DNA of 45,099 nucleotides, taken from Octopus sinensis. Taxonomy: Eukaryota. Position 1 is the stretch's first letter. Each line of letters starts with the position of its first letter. This document shows, piece by piece, positions 13,800-25,816 of the stretch. The translations under genes and the position numbers were made by a program. Below the pieces are notes generated by a model that was not told the origin of the DNA, searched no databases, and saw only the letters and a list, made by a program, of their open reading frames with translations. The stretch spans positions 1-45,099 of the forward strand of contig NW_021834839.1 of NCBI RefSeq assembly GCF_006345805.1, written 5' to 3'.

Positions 13800-14796
13800 T
13801 GGTTTCAATTTTCAGTGGAATTTGAACTCGGAACGTAAGGACGGACAAAAGGCAGCTAAGCATTTTACCCAGCGTGTTAACAATTCTTCCAGCTCGCTGC
13901 CTTAACATTACAATTAGTATCGGTTTCAATGTTTGGCACAAGGCCAGCAAGTTCAGGGGAAATGGTAAATCGATTAGATCGACTCCAGTGATCAAGTGGG
14001 TCTTATTTCATCGACTCTGAAAGGATGAAAAGTAAAGTCGACCTCGGCAGAATTTGAACTCAGAACGTAAATACGTACGAAATACCTATTTCTTTATTAC
14101 CCACAAGGGGCTAAACATAGAGGAGACAAACATGGACAGACATAAGTATTAAGTCGATTATATCGACCCCAGTGCTTAACTGGTACTTAATTTATCGACT
14201 CCGAAAGGATGAAAGGCAAAGTCGACCTCGGCGGAATTTGAACTCACAACGTAACGGCAGCCGAAATACCGCTAAGCATTTTGCCTGGCATGCTAACGAC
14301 TCTGCTAACTCACCGCCTTAAAATTACAATTAATATCAGTTCCAAATTTTGGAACAAGGCCAGCGATTTCGGGGGAGGGGATAGTTAACTACATTGACCC
14401 CCCCCTCCCAGTGCTCGATGAGTACTTATTTTATCGACTCTGAATGGATGAAAGGCAAATCAACCTCAGCGGAATTTGAACTCAGACGCACGAAATGTCG
14501 CTAAGCATTCTGCCCCTACGTACTAACGATTCTGCCAGCTCGCCGCCAGTAGTGAAGATAATATTAATCATAATAACAATGATTTCAAATTTTGGCACCA
14601 GGCCATTAAATTCAGGGAAGTGGGTACAAATCGATTACGTCGACCCCAGTGTTCAACTGTTGATTATTTTATCGACCCAGAAAGGATAAAATGCAATGTC
14701 AACCTCGATGGAAATTGAACTCAGAGGGTAAAGACGGACGAAATGCCGCTAAGCATTTTGCCCGGCGTGCTAACGGTTCTGCCAGCTCGCCGCCTT
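13800..14796 (-). mobile_element. Head-to-tail array of five family B SINE units
   Basis: Units at ~13800-13903, 13920-14080, 14087-14319, 14335-14547 and 14578-14796; each is a reverse-complement match to the intact copy at 31127-31361 (AAGGCGG.GAGCTGGCAGAA..GAGTTCAAATTCC..GCCTTTCATCCTTTCGGGGTCGATAAA). Confidence 0.9.
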
Positions 14797-14799
14797 GGT

Positions 14800-15495
14800 G
14801 TTGTTTCATATTGGAGTTTCTTGTTGATTACTGATAGTGGCGGCGTCGTTGCAATTGGAATTGGTGGAAATGGTGTTTGTGTTGTTGATATTGGGGTATG
14901 TCAATATTTTTGGAGGTGTTGGTATTCTGATAACGGAGGTGGTAATGATAGTGATGGTATTGGATGTGTTGTTTGTGGTGATGTAGGTACTGGAGATATT
15001 ATTGGTATAGGTAGTGGTGGTGATGGTAATGGTTATGGCGGTGGCAGTGGTGGTGGTGGTGGTGGTGGTGGTGGTGGTGGCGATGATGGGGTGGTGGTGA
15101 CGGTGATACTGCTGTTGGTGGAATTGGTTGGTGGTTATGACAGTGTTGGTGATAGTGGGGGTGGTGGTGGTGGTGGTGGTAATGGTGGTGGTGAGTTACC
15201 ACTGGAGATAATGGTGTTTATATAGAGTTGATGGTGATGGTAGGGATGGTATTGGAGGAGGAGGTAATACGATTACTGATGCTGATATTGTTGGCAGTGA
15301 TGCTAATATTGTCGAGGTTCTGATACCTCCGGCGGTGGTAGCGATGGCGGCGGCGGCAGCTGATGTGATGGTGTTGCCGGTGGTGGTGGTGGTGGTGGTA
15401 GTTGTTGTGGTCATCATTGTCGTTGTTTTTGTAGAAGAAAAGGTGGTATTTGAGGTGTTGTTGATGTTGTTGCTGCTGCTGCTGTTGTCGTTGTT
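14800..15495. repeat. Degenerate GGT/GAT/GTT trinucleotide field
   Basis: Direct inspection; source of the poly-Gly and poly-His ORFs. Confidence 0.9.
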
Positions 15496-15750
15496 GTCGT
15501 TGTTTTTACCTCAAGTGAGCTCTGACCCAAAGCATTTATGATTATGATCAATACTGCTCCAGCATGATCCACTTGCATGATGTTGTATACAGAACATTAC
15601 ATACAAGACATTACAGCATGCCTTCCCCATCCCCGCCTTTTTTTTGTTTGTTTTTCAATTTCAAAACACTAACGTTGATTTCATAGATACTTAGCTGCTA
15701 TTTCGAAAAATCCGAACGTCCACATAGTGGCTCCGTTTCCTCAGAATGAA
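15495..15750 (-). mobile_element. Family D interspersed repeat, degenerate
   Basis: Shares GCTGCTATTTC-like and TTTA.C.CAAG.TCAGC-like motifs with 44705-44905. Confidence 0.4.
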
Positions 15751-16207
15751 AACCTCAGTAAAAGGGACATTTTATTTATAGTCCTTCTCTGACACACTGT
15801 GTACGAATAAGCACCACACAGAGCGATATTCGTTCTTAATAACAATCATCCATCATGTTTGTGATTATTGATAAACACAGAGTTATATTATCTAATAAAG
15901 ATATCAGTAAAAGGTGACAATATTGCGCGGCTAATAAAGATATCTAACTGGTGTGATGAAATATGATGGCGTGGATGGAGATGGTTTATCATACAGCCCA
16001 CAATACGTACACAACACAATACGTACACAACAACCAGAGTTGAAGCAGTAACCCAAGACAGATAGAACAGTGAACTTTGCTTCTTTCAGGCTAATTTATT
16101 TCCCAATATTTTTTTTCTAGATTAGGGGAATATTTTTAGCGTAATTGAGGTACAGCAGAGAGTAGCGTCGTAGTATATATATATATATATACAGTACAGT
16201 GACGTAG

Positions 16208-16243
<36 letters not shown>

Positions 16244-16250
16244 CGGTGTG

Positions 16251-16455
16251 GAGGTGCGTGGCTTAGTGGTTAGGGTGTTGGACTCATGATCGTAAGATCG
16301 ATGTTTCGATTCCTTAATCGGGCGACGCGTTGTGCTCTTGAACAAAAACGCTTCATTTTACGTTGCCTCAGTCCACTCAGCTGCAGCAATCCTGCGACGG
16401 TCCGGCGTCCGGGGAATTTATACGCCATGGAAAGCGGGAAAGCGGCCCTTATAAG
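16251..16455 (+). mobile_element. tRNA-derived SINE, family E
   Basis: GGTGCGTGGCTTAGTGGTTAGG A box and GTTTCGATTCC B-box-like motif; body matches 4298-4420. Confidence 0.8.
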
Positions 16456-16499
16456 GCAGCATTACTCGAGAAAATAACCTTTACCTTTTACTTTATATA

Positions 16500-16634
16500 G
16501 TACAGTGTAGTAGTAGTAGTAGTAGTAGTCGCAGCAGCAGCAGTATTAGTAGCTGTAGCAGTAGTAGTAGTACTAGCAGCAGCAGCAATAGTAGTAGTAG
16601 TAGTAGTAGTAGTAGTAGCAGCAGCAGCAACAGC

Positions 16635-16674
<40 letters not shown>

Positions 16675-17020
16675 GTATTAGTAGTAGTAGCAGCAACATA
16701 AGTAGTAGTAGTAGTAGTAGTTGCTGTTATTGTAGTAGTTGTATTTGTGTAGTGGTGAAGTGTGGTGTAATGCAGTATGGCATAGTGCGTATGTCAGTGC
16801 TGTGTAGTGTGGTGCTGTGTTGTGTATGACCGTGTAGTATGGTGTTGTGTATGTCACTATAGTCCAGTGTTGTGTATTACAATGTAGTGTTAGGCATGAC
16901 AGTGTAGCATATTGTTTTGTATGACAATGAAATATGGTGTTGTGTATGCCAGCATAGTGCACTCTTGTGTATGACAGTGTAGAATGGTGTTGTGCACGCC
17001 AGTGTAGTTTAGTGTTACGT
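16500..17020. repeat. (AGT)n/(AGC)n run grading into a degenerate ~25-bp minisatellite
   Basis: Units like GTGTAGTATGGTGTTGTGTATGACA recur from ~16740 to 17020. Confidence 0.8.
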
Positions 17021-17827
17021 TGGATATAAAGGAATGAGTGAGTTACAATTAACCTCCAACCAACCGTATTCAACATCAGGCTGCATTTCACAAATAAACT
17101 TACACCTGAACATATGACTGAACAAGCATAAGCTGATCTCTGTGCTCTGATAATTTACATTGCAGTAACTCTCGAAGACATCATCTTGGTAGCCGTTACA
17201 ACTAATATGAGGGGGCGCCCAGTAGTTAACGTCCACAAAACTGAGGTTGTCAACTAACGGTACACTACACTGACATTTTGCAGACTCTCTTCTCAGATAC
17301 AACAGCAATATCTAACCAAAGTATCCTTGTTCATGTACCTGACCTAGCCAACGACTGTACACCAAACAAGAAAATGGCAGCCTAGCTGCGTCATAATGGT
17401 GTCAGACGTGACATGCAGGCCAACATATAACTTATTTGACATTGCATTTTTATTTTTCTCTTCCGCTTTATTTTAGCATTCATTTTACGTTTTTAATCTT
17501 CTCTTCCGTTTTACGAATTCAGTGTGGTGTGCACGCGCGCATTGCCTGTTCATTCTTCTTTTACCGGTTCCTACTTCAGAATTGTATATAGATTACAACC
17601 ATCTTAGGAACTACGTTTGTGAGGAACGCTTCGCGCTCCGATAGTTGTGAAAGAACAGATGATTGGCTCTTCTGATGAAGTGCCGCAATTTTTTACTGAA
17701 CAACTTGAGCAGATCTTTTGTTTTTAGTAATCAAATATTAGTGCTCTGTACTCTATCAAATCCCTCCATCAAATCGACATTTCCTGTTCAGATGCACGGT
17801 CTGTCCCGTGTCACATGTCGCAGTGAT

Positions 17828-17948
17828 TTCAGAGCAACTTGAAATGAAAGCTTTATTCAAGAACATGACACACCATCCGATCCGGTAATCGAAACCATGA
17901 TCTTGTAATCGTGGAAGCAGTCCCATAAGCACCAGGCCAAGTGCCTTC
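17828..17948 (-). mobile_element. SINE family E head fragment
   Basis: Reverse complement GGAAGGCACTTGGCCTGGTGCTT..GGTTTCGATTACC. Confidence 0.6.
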
Positions 17949-17973
17949 CAGACAGAGTAAAGGGTAGCAGGTC

Positions 17974-18306
17974 AAAGAACCCCTTCGGTCATGAATGACC
18001 ATGGGATTGCACCTAGAAAGTTCCCGTCCCAGACACAAGTCCAGGCAACGTTGTTTATAGAAGACCAGCAGTCGCCCATGCATATCACCCTCCCCTCTCC
18101 ACGCCACCGATGTTGTCCAAGAGAAAGACTAAGGCCAATACAGCTTAGCACCAGTGTCATAACAACTCTTTTCTACAACTGAGTGAACTGGAGCGACATG
18201 AAATAAAGTGTCTTGCTCAAGAACACAACACAGCTCGATCCGGGGATCGAACTCACTACCTCATGCTTGTGAGCCCAATGTTGGAACCACCGAGTCATGC
18301 GCCTTC
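17974..18306 (-). mobile_element. tRNA-derived SINE, family E head with a long distinct tail
   Basis: Reverse complement begins GAAGGCGCATGACTCGGTGG..GAGTTCGATCCCC (A/B boxes) and ends GGTGCAATCCCATGGTCATTCATGACCGAAGGGG. Confidence 0.8.
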
Positions 18307-19719
18307 ACACAGCAGACAACTAGATGCTAAATTACCTCAGACAGTCTTTGTGACCATCGGAAGGCTCAGAAAGAATGTCTTTCTAAACAACCGTCTCAGT
18401 CTCTATATCATGATTCACGTCTAACAGCCTATATGTCTTTCCACTTTCATTCATGGATATTAGATATGGATCGCATACGGACCACACATTACGGTGTTGG
18501 AGGGCTTTATCAGCCAACATCTCCAGAATATCCTTTTAGTTACCTGGTGAGATAGAGTTATGTACATAGAAATGCTTCGTTGAACCGACATCATTAGTAT
18601 TGAACCGACATAGTACAGACATTAAAAAAAAAACGTTTTGGTCATGGTGTATGAACGCCTACTCGCGTCTTCCTTGTGTGATCCTCTACAGTCAGCTACA
18701 TCAGTCAACAAAGCCGGTGAAAGAACAGTTAAAGTTCAGAGAACCAACATCAATCTTTCACAAAAGAAAATAACGTCGCTGCCTGCCAGCCAGCCATTCA
18801 GTCTGCGGAACAATTGAAGATACAGAGAAGAAACACACCCACAGCTAGCAGAAGAGGTATTAAGTGACATACACGCTACTGGTTGATACTTAGCGTCTCC
18901 AATCAAACATTTGCATGTTTTGTTGCGATCGAAACTGCACATCAAACACTAGGCTATATAATCTTGAAGGGGTTCACGAAATCGGTTAGCATCGAGTTCA
19001 ATGGAAAATCTTCAGAAAAAGCAGGCAAAAGAATGCAGAGTTGTACTGAGCTGTATTGTGTGATATGGTTTGTTACAGTATGATATAGTTTGGACCAATA
19101 GAATGCAGTTTACTACAGTGAAGTTTGCTGTAATGGAAAGGAGTGTAGCATAGAGTAAAGCAATATGCTACAGGTTAATATAACGTGGTGCATTGTAGCA
19201 TAATTTTTGTATAACATATTCTAAATCAGTGGTTCTGAACCGAGAGCTATCCATTCTCTCCGAAACTTAACAGGGACTGAAATTGAGAAGATGCTTATCA
19301 GGAGATTATATGCACTTCAATGAATTTTTATGTTATCAAAGCTTCATCTCCAGATACAATTCAACAAAACAACTCGAAACAAACTGTCACTATGCGTATC
19401 GTTAAAAATATCATCATTTTGTATCTAACAAAAACTCGTTCATGTTCGAGGTCGTACATACATCAATAACGTTTACGTATGTACTTTCAACTAAACACAT
19501 GTTAAAGATATGTGCATTATCTACATAATTTGCATCTAACTAGCTATATAATTTATATATCTAATTAGCCACAAATATTTAATGTTGCTTGAAACTATGG
19601 AGAGGGCTGGAATTACTCAGAGATATGAAGGAATACAGTCTGAAGATTGCCGAAATCATAATGAGTGCCTGTCGAGAGATTACACCAGTAATGTCCCATA
19701 TATTTGTTATTAGTGCATG

Positions 19720-19756
<37 letters not shown>

Positions 19757-19797
19757 TGTGTGTGTGCGTGCATGTGTTTATGAGTGTGTGAAAGATA

Positions 19798-20066
19798 TGA
19801 ACAGTTATTATAAACAATTATTAACCAATCACAATTATCATTAATATTTTGTATCTTTCTGTCGGACATAAAATATTCCAGTCTTTCAATTGAATATTCC
19901 TATTTCGTTTGACAATATTTACATACATATGTACATAAATACACACACACACAGACACACACACACACACACACATACACACACACACATATATATATAC
20001 ATACATAAATATATATATATGTATGTTTTGGCGTGTATATATACAAATATATACGCATATATAAGA

Positions 20067-20106
<40 letters not shown>

Positions 20107-20511
20107 ATGTATGTATGCATATATATATTCATGCATAGATGCTAACATTCATGTATCCATTTCCGTAGCTATATATATATTTATCAATCAATCGATCTCA
20201 TCTTACTTTGTATGTGTATGTGTATGTGAGTATACGTGTACACACACAGGTGTATACATATCTGTATAGATGTATTTATATACAAACATAGGTGCGCGCG
20301 CACACACACACACACGCACATATCTATATATAGATAGATAGATGCACACATACATCATAGCTACACACACACACACACACACACACAATCACATTATGAA
20401 ACAAAATAGGAATATTGAATTGAATGATCGGAATGTTTTATGTCCGACAGAAAGATACAAAATATTAATGATAATTGTGATTGGCTAATAATTGTTTATA
20501 ATAACTGTTCA
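19798..20511. repeat. Inverted repeat, ~115-bp arms around a microsatellite spacer
   Basis: 19798-19916 is the reverse complement of 20393-20511; ORFs 19579-19869(-) and 20440-20628(+) share an identical N-terminus MSDRKIQNINDNCDWLIIVYNNCS. Confidence 0.9.
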
Positions 20512-20904
20512 CACACACACACACACGCACGCATAATGCACACACACGCGCGCATAATAGCGGTTCACACATACGCACACATTCGCACAGCCACACACAC
20601 AACCGTAGATATTTTTCTCGCATTGTAAGCCATTAGTGAAGTGTTTCTTTAGTTACGATATCATATTCACAATATTTAATGTCATTTTTTGGTATAGATA
20701 TATACACACACATACATACGTCATTATATTGATGTATGTATATACATGTATATGTATGTACATGCGTACATATCTATATTATCCACATGTGTATTTATAT
20801 ATACATGTACACATACACACACATACACACACGCATATATGTATATATATATATAGACATACATGTATCTACATGTATACATATGTGTGTGTGTATATGT
20901 GTGT

Positions 20905-21293
20905 GTTTTAGTGTCTGTGTTTATTCTCCACAACCGCTTGACAACCGGTGTCGCTGCGTTTACGTCCACGTCAGTTAGCTGTTCAGCAAAAGGGAACGGC
21001 AAAATAAGTACCAAGCTTCAAGAATAAGTACTGGGGTTGATTCCTTCGACTGATGAACTCTCCAAGTTAGTGCTCCAGCATGACCGCAGTCTGATAGCAA
21101 GGGCAATTAGAAGTCAGAAAATAAAAAAAGATTACAAGCGTAGTGTTGTTGTAAGAAGCTTGCTTCCTAGCGACATGGTTCCGAGTTCAGCCCCATTGAA
21201 TGGTACTTTGGGCAAATGTCTTCTACTATAGCTTCGGGCTGACCAGTCTTGTGAGTGGTCTTGGTAGACGGTAACTGTGAAAGAAGCCTGTCT

Positions 21294-21295
<2 letters not shown>
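20905..21295 (+). mobile_element. SINE family A tail (~20905-21125) followed by a second family A head (~21130-21295)
   Basis: CTTGACAACCGGTG..AATAAGTAC..CCAGCATGACCGCAGTC, then GTAAGAAGCTTGCTTCC..CTTGTGAGTG..GGTAGACGG..GAAAGAAGCC. Confidence 0.75.
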
Positions 21296-21335
<40 letters not shown>

Positions 21336-21339
<4 letters not shown>

Positions 21340-21626
21340 CGTGATCATCGTGACCGACCAGGCCATCAGATGTTGCTACACATTGCTGGTCACAATGCGC
21401 TTCGCATTGTTTTAGCCGCTGGCTAAGCGAGCAGGCCAACAGAAGAAAGAGTGAGAGAAAGTTGTGACGAAAGAGTACACCAAGGATCGCCCCCCCCCTT
21501 GCCGGAGCTTCGTAGAGCCTTGGGTGTTTTCCCTCAATAAACACTCGCAACGCCCTGTCTGGGAATCGAAACCACGATCCTACGACCGCGAGTCCGCTGC
21601 CCTAGACACTGGGCCATTGCGCCTCC
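21336..21626 (-). mobile_element. tRNA-derived SINE, family C head with an alternative tail
   Basis: Reverse complement GGAGGCGCAATGGCCCAGTG..GGTTTCGATTCCC matches 30258-30450; the tail differs. Confidence 0.85.
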
Positions 21627-21884
21627 ACACACACACATATTAAAAGAAAAGGAAACAAAACCAAGGCAGCATGAGCATCTCAGGTCATTTAGAATTTAAA
21701 GAAAGTAAGCTTGGAACCTAACGGATGACCATTTATACCACTTACGCAACGTCCCTCTTGGGCGATCGGAAGTCGCCAAACTTTTTCGACCGTCGACTCC
21801 CTTAGAAACCCCTCCTTCCGCATCGACTACCCTCCTCATTTAAAATATCTTAATATCCTTCCCTACCATACCATATCTTAAACG

Positions 21885-23470
21885 CGTAGGGGAGACCGGG
21901 TCTAGTTGTTACACGGGTAAGTTGTTACAAGCCCATTGTTTCCAACTTCAAGAAATAGGTGGCACTCGGGTCTCTATCTTGTGAAGGCCAACTCCATAGT
22001 ACCATGACTGCACATGTGTATTGCACTGGCGGGCTGTCACCAGGAAAGGTCTGGCTCAAAAAACGATTTTTTACTCCAAAAGTGAAATTTAGCTACAAAG
22101 TTATTTCCTTAACTACTAAAGCGCAAGTGGTGTTACTTAAGTTGTTTGTGGCTCATTAGGAAGTGTTGGAAGTCGCTTTCGATACATGAAGATGTGGTTT
22201 GGATGCCATGCATTGCTAGTGCTGTGTACGAGGTAATTCCCAAAAATCCATGGCTAATTGTTACAGTGTATCAACTTACCCCAGGCATGTAACAACTTAC
22301 CTCTTCTATTTCAGTTTAACACGCATTGCCTAGAAATTACAGAAGGAAGACTACAAAAGGGGATACCCCTCCTGATGTCAGGGAAAGAGCCGCCAGAAAA
22401 GTTGTGGATGAAATAAACGAAAGGAAATCCAAACCAAAGAAGGTAACTGGTACAGAAAAGGCAATAAAGAGGAAGGAAAAGTCAACTAAAATAGGTAAAG
22501 GCAAAGGGAAGCAGCCTCGCAGCAAGCAAGTTGATGCGAGCAGGGCAGTGAAACTGTCCTGCACGCGATTGTGCAATGCCTCAAGGTGACTGAGCTCTGG
22601 GCTTATGTCGAAAACCTGCTGTCGCATTCGAGAAGACTACAACTGTCGAGCGAATCTGTAATTAAGATCGTTCCGCCGACCTCCCTGAATAGGGAGGAGC
22701 GAGCCTGTTTTCTCTCGGTAGTTGCTGTGGCGAAAGAGGTAGAATGGAAGACGAGAGTGAAAGGAATTGCAACAGGCATGTTTATCTCCAGTCTCGAGCT
22801 AATCGACTTTTCCGCTTTCCATATGAAACGGAAAATAAGGCTGGAGAAGAAATGCCTGTCGCAAAGTGTGTTTCGTAAAAGATGGAAGTCTGTAGCAAGT
22901 ATGTTGCGAGTGAAAGAACCTGTTTAAACGAGAATATAAAAAAGGAGAAAGCAAAGTCTTCAGTATGAGTATGTGGTTTGTGGGGTCGACCGTGTCCTCC
23001 GATTCATTTTTTGTAAATCATTCATTCTCATTTAATTGTATATATTTTAATTTTTGTTTATTCATACGTTTCGTCTCATTCGATACCCTGACCCAAATGT
23101 TTGTTTTGTCTGTCCTCATAGTAAATAAAGAAATTGATTAGAAATGCCTTGTATGCTCAGATTGGTATTCCAACTCCCTTCCAGGTGAAGAAGGGGTGCA
23201 ATGCATGATCTGTAGAGACTGGGCACTCACTGACTGTACCGATGGACGACATGACTTCCTGTGTGATCTGTGTGGTGTGAAGTTAATGGAGAACGACTCC
23301 CATAGATGGCACATGTAACAATGGGAAAATTGGTTGATGAGGACTCTCAGTATCACAGTTAGGATATGAAGTGGTTCAAAGCAAAGTTAATTAATTAAAA
23401 TAATACTTTCTAGATGCAAGAAGCAGGAGACGTATTCATTTTAAACTTGTTTGTTAACATAATTCCGAGT
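21885..23470 (+). mobile_element. Internally deleted pogo/Fot1-like DNA transposon, interrupted by a LINE and truncated at a mariner
   Basis: Terminus CGTAGGGGAGACCGGG plus GTTGTTAC/GTAACAAC subterminal repeats; N-terminus (M)PRNYRRKTTKG..ERAA; K-rich linker; PHD-like CLVC..VQCMIC..WA..C..FLCDLC at 23145-23273; no DDE domain. Confidence 0.7.
22536..23133 (+). mobile_element. L1/Tx1-like LINE 3' fragment
   Basis: Zinc-knuckle region CEQGSETVLHAIVQC..LWAYVE followed by an ORF2 C-terminus, T-rich 3' UTR and AATAAAGAAA end; TTGAT duplicated at 22531-22535 and 23134-23138. Confidence 0.7.
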
Positions 23471-23472
23471 TA

Positions 23473-24605
23473 CGAGGGGCGTTCAATAAGTAATGCCCCT
23501 GACCCACTTCCCATAGCAGTAGAGCAACGAAACTTGGCACAGGTATTAGTCTTTTTCTACATAGGAACCACCCAGAGTTACGTATTTCTCCCATCGTTTG
23601 ATACAGCTCTGGAGACCGTTTTCATAGAAGACCCCAGCTTGGTCCTCCAACCACTACGTGACTTCAGAAATCAAGGCTGCATCATCTGGGAAACGCTTTC
23701 CTTTCAAAAACAACTTCATGGCTGGGAAGAGGTGAAAATCTGAGGGTGCAATGTCAGGAGAGTAGGGGGATGGGGGAAGTGTTCATAGCCGCACGCCTGT
23801 GCTTCTGATCTGGCGACACGCGAGTTGTGGACCGGAGCGTTGTCCTGCAGGAGGAGGATGCCTTTCTTGATCTTGCCCCGCCTCTTGGTTTTGATAGCTT
23901 CTCTTAATTTCCTCAAAAGTGAAGCATGATAGGCTCCTGTAATTGTGGTACCCTTTGCCAGGAAATCTGTCATCACTACTCCGTCCTGGTCCCAGAAGAC
24001 TGTGAGCATGATCTTGCCAGCGGAGGGCTGCACCCTTGCCTTCTTTGGAAGAGGTGAGGCATGGTGCTTCCACTGCATTGACTGGGCTTTGGTCTCTGGA
24101 TCATGGTGAAGGACCCAGGTCTCATCTTTTGATGAGTCTTTTGAAAAATTTTGAAAAATTTTGACTCATCTTCTTGGCACATCCCTAAATTCATCCTCGA
24201 GCACTCGACGCGTTCTTGCTTCAGGAAAAGTGTGAGCAACCTGGGAATCCCTCTGGCAGACACCTTTTGCATATGCAAATGGTCATGAATGATAGTTTCC
24301 ACAGACCCGGTACTAATCTTGACCTCATGGGCTATTTGGCGAATAGTTATGCGTCCATCTTCCAAAATGGCAGCCTCAACTTGACGGACAGATGCCTCAT
24401 CAATGGCAGAAGGGGTGCGACCAGATCTGGGAGCTGTTTCCACAGAGTTCCGACCATGTTTGAATTCATGATGCCAGCGTTTTACAAGGTCATATGATGG
24501 GGCATCATCACCATAAGTTATTTTCATTTCATCAAAAGTCTCCTGTGGTGTGCGTCCTTTCAAATACAAAAACCGGATCACTTCTCGACACTCAACAGGC
24601 TCCAT
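23473..24605 (-). mobile_element. Mariner (D,D34D-type) transposon lacking its 5' TIR
   Basis: TA at 23471-23472 followed by TIR CGAGGGGCGTTCAATAAGT; near-full transposase on the minus strand; no matching TIR found beyond 24605. Confidence 0.92.
23546..24605 (-). pseudogene. Mariner transposase pseudogene
   Basis: HTH N-terminus, (W)IPRLL, DETW, MLTVFWD, QDNAPVH and YSPDIAPSDFHLF motifs across frames; frameshifts (including a TTGAAAAATT duplication at 24141-24160) and one internal stop; terminal TAA at 23546-23548. Confidence 0.92.
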
Positions 24606-24710
24606 TTCCCGCTCAGGAATAGAAAAAGTCTTTTATGTTTCGAGCCTACGCTCTTCGACAGAAAGATACACAGAAAAAAAACAAGGAGCGAAAAAAATGC
24701 GTGTAGGAGC
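24606..24710 (-). mobile_element. Hammerhead-bearing element, copy 2 (3'-truncated)
   Basis: Reverse complement CTTT|CTGTCGA|A|GAGC-GTAG-GCTC|GAA|ACAT|A^AAAG at 24630-24665. Confidence 0.75.
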
Positions 24711-24744
24711 TTATATATATATGGGTATATTTATGTGTGTTTGT

Positions 24745-24955
24745 TACTATGTCTGTGTTTGTATGCCCACCATCACTTGACAACAGATGGCAGTGTGTTT
24801 ATGGCCCTGCAACTTAGTGGTTCGGCAAAAGTGACCGATAGAATAAGTACTAGGTTTACAAAGAATAAAGTCCTGGGGTTGATTTCTTCGACTAAAACCC
24901 TTTAAGGTCGTGCTCCAGCCGCAGTCAAATGAGTGGAACAAAATCAGAATTAAAG
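24745..24955 (+). mobile_element. SINE family A, 3' half
   Basis: CACTTGACAAC..AACTTAGTGGTTCGGCAAAA..GATAGAATAAGTACTAGG..GCAGTCAAATGA. Confidence 0.8.
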
Positions 24956-25108
24956 AACACACACACACACGCGCGTACACACACACACACACACACACAC
25001 ACATATCGACACACGCTTTTATCGATTCATGCACACATTCACACACACATATGTATGTGGGTATGTATGTGTGTGCAAGAGGGGGAGATAGAGGGAGAGG
25101 GAGAGTGA

Positions 25109-25153
<45 letters not shown>

Positions 25154-25504
25154 CATGCATGTATGTGTAGTAGTATGTGGACACGTGGAAAATAAACTGA
25201 AATGGTAGCCATTGACTCGTGTTTTCAAATCCCACCGTAGATGTTGCTGTATGCCCCGAAGCTCACTGAATAACCTAATTTGCTTAGGGCTTCCTATCTA
25301 ATTAAAAGCAAATTATGACTGAATGACAATGTTTGACACTGGGTTTATATGTATGCATGTATGTGTACGTGTGTGCGCGCGTGTGTATGTGCGTATGTGT
25401 GTGCCTATGGGCATGTGTGTGCGTTCGTGTGTGTTGTTATGTATTTGTAACGTGTGAAAGCCCGTGAGTGCTTCTGTGTGTCTATGCGTGCATGTATATG
25501 TATT

Positions 25505-25535
<31 letters not shown>

Positions 25536-25599
25536 GTGTATGTAATGTGTTGTATTTAATTATTCTACTGCTTTTTTATGCACCCTAATTAGTTTCTTT

Positions 25600-25785
25600 C
25601 ATCAACGCCGTGCACCGCCTTCACCAACCCGTTTTACCTCCTTTACAATTATTGTTATTATTATTATTATCATTATTATTGTCATTATTGTTGTTGTTGT
25701 TTTTGGTTTGATCTCTGTGCTGCTGCTCATGATGCTGATGCTGATGATGATAACGTTTTTTGTTGTGGCTGTGATTATTGTTTTG

Positions 25786-25816
<31 letters not shown>

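Noticed and set aside
13800-14796. CRISPR-like array
   Set aside because: Units are long, diverged SINE copies without constant short repeats and unique spacers; eukaryotic context
15999-16030. Perfect 16-bp tandem duplication, and ~27-bp ones at ~5830-5880 and ~12868-12920
   Set aside because: Ordinary slippage duplications with no further structure
17015-17420. Possible exon or LTR-RT remnant (PVVNVHK resembles PVV.V.K)
   Set aside because: A single weak motif; no other RT motifs in frame
17670-17705. CTGATGAAGT.. as a hammerhead core
   Set aside because: No GAAA box or consistent stems downstream
19227-19245. hAT/Charlie-like terminus CAGTGGTTCTGAACC
   Set aside because: Only one end seen, with no partner TIR or 8-bp TSD found
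22571-22620. VQC..W.. read as the pogo PHD finger
   Set aside because: Fits the ETxxHxxxxC..W zinc knuckle of the inserted L1/Tx1 fragment; the real PHD-like motif is at 23145-23273
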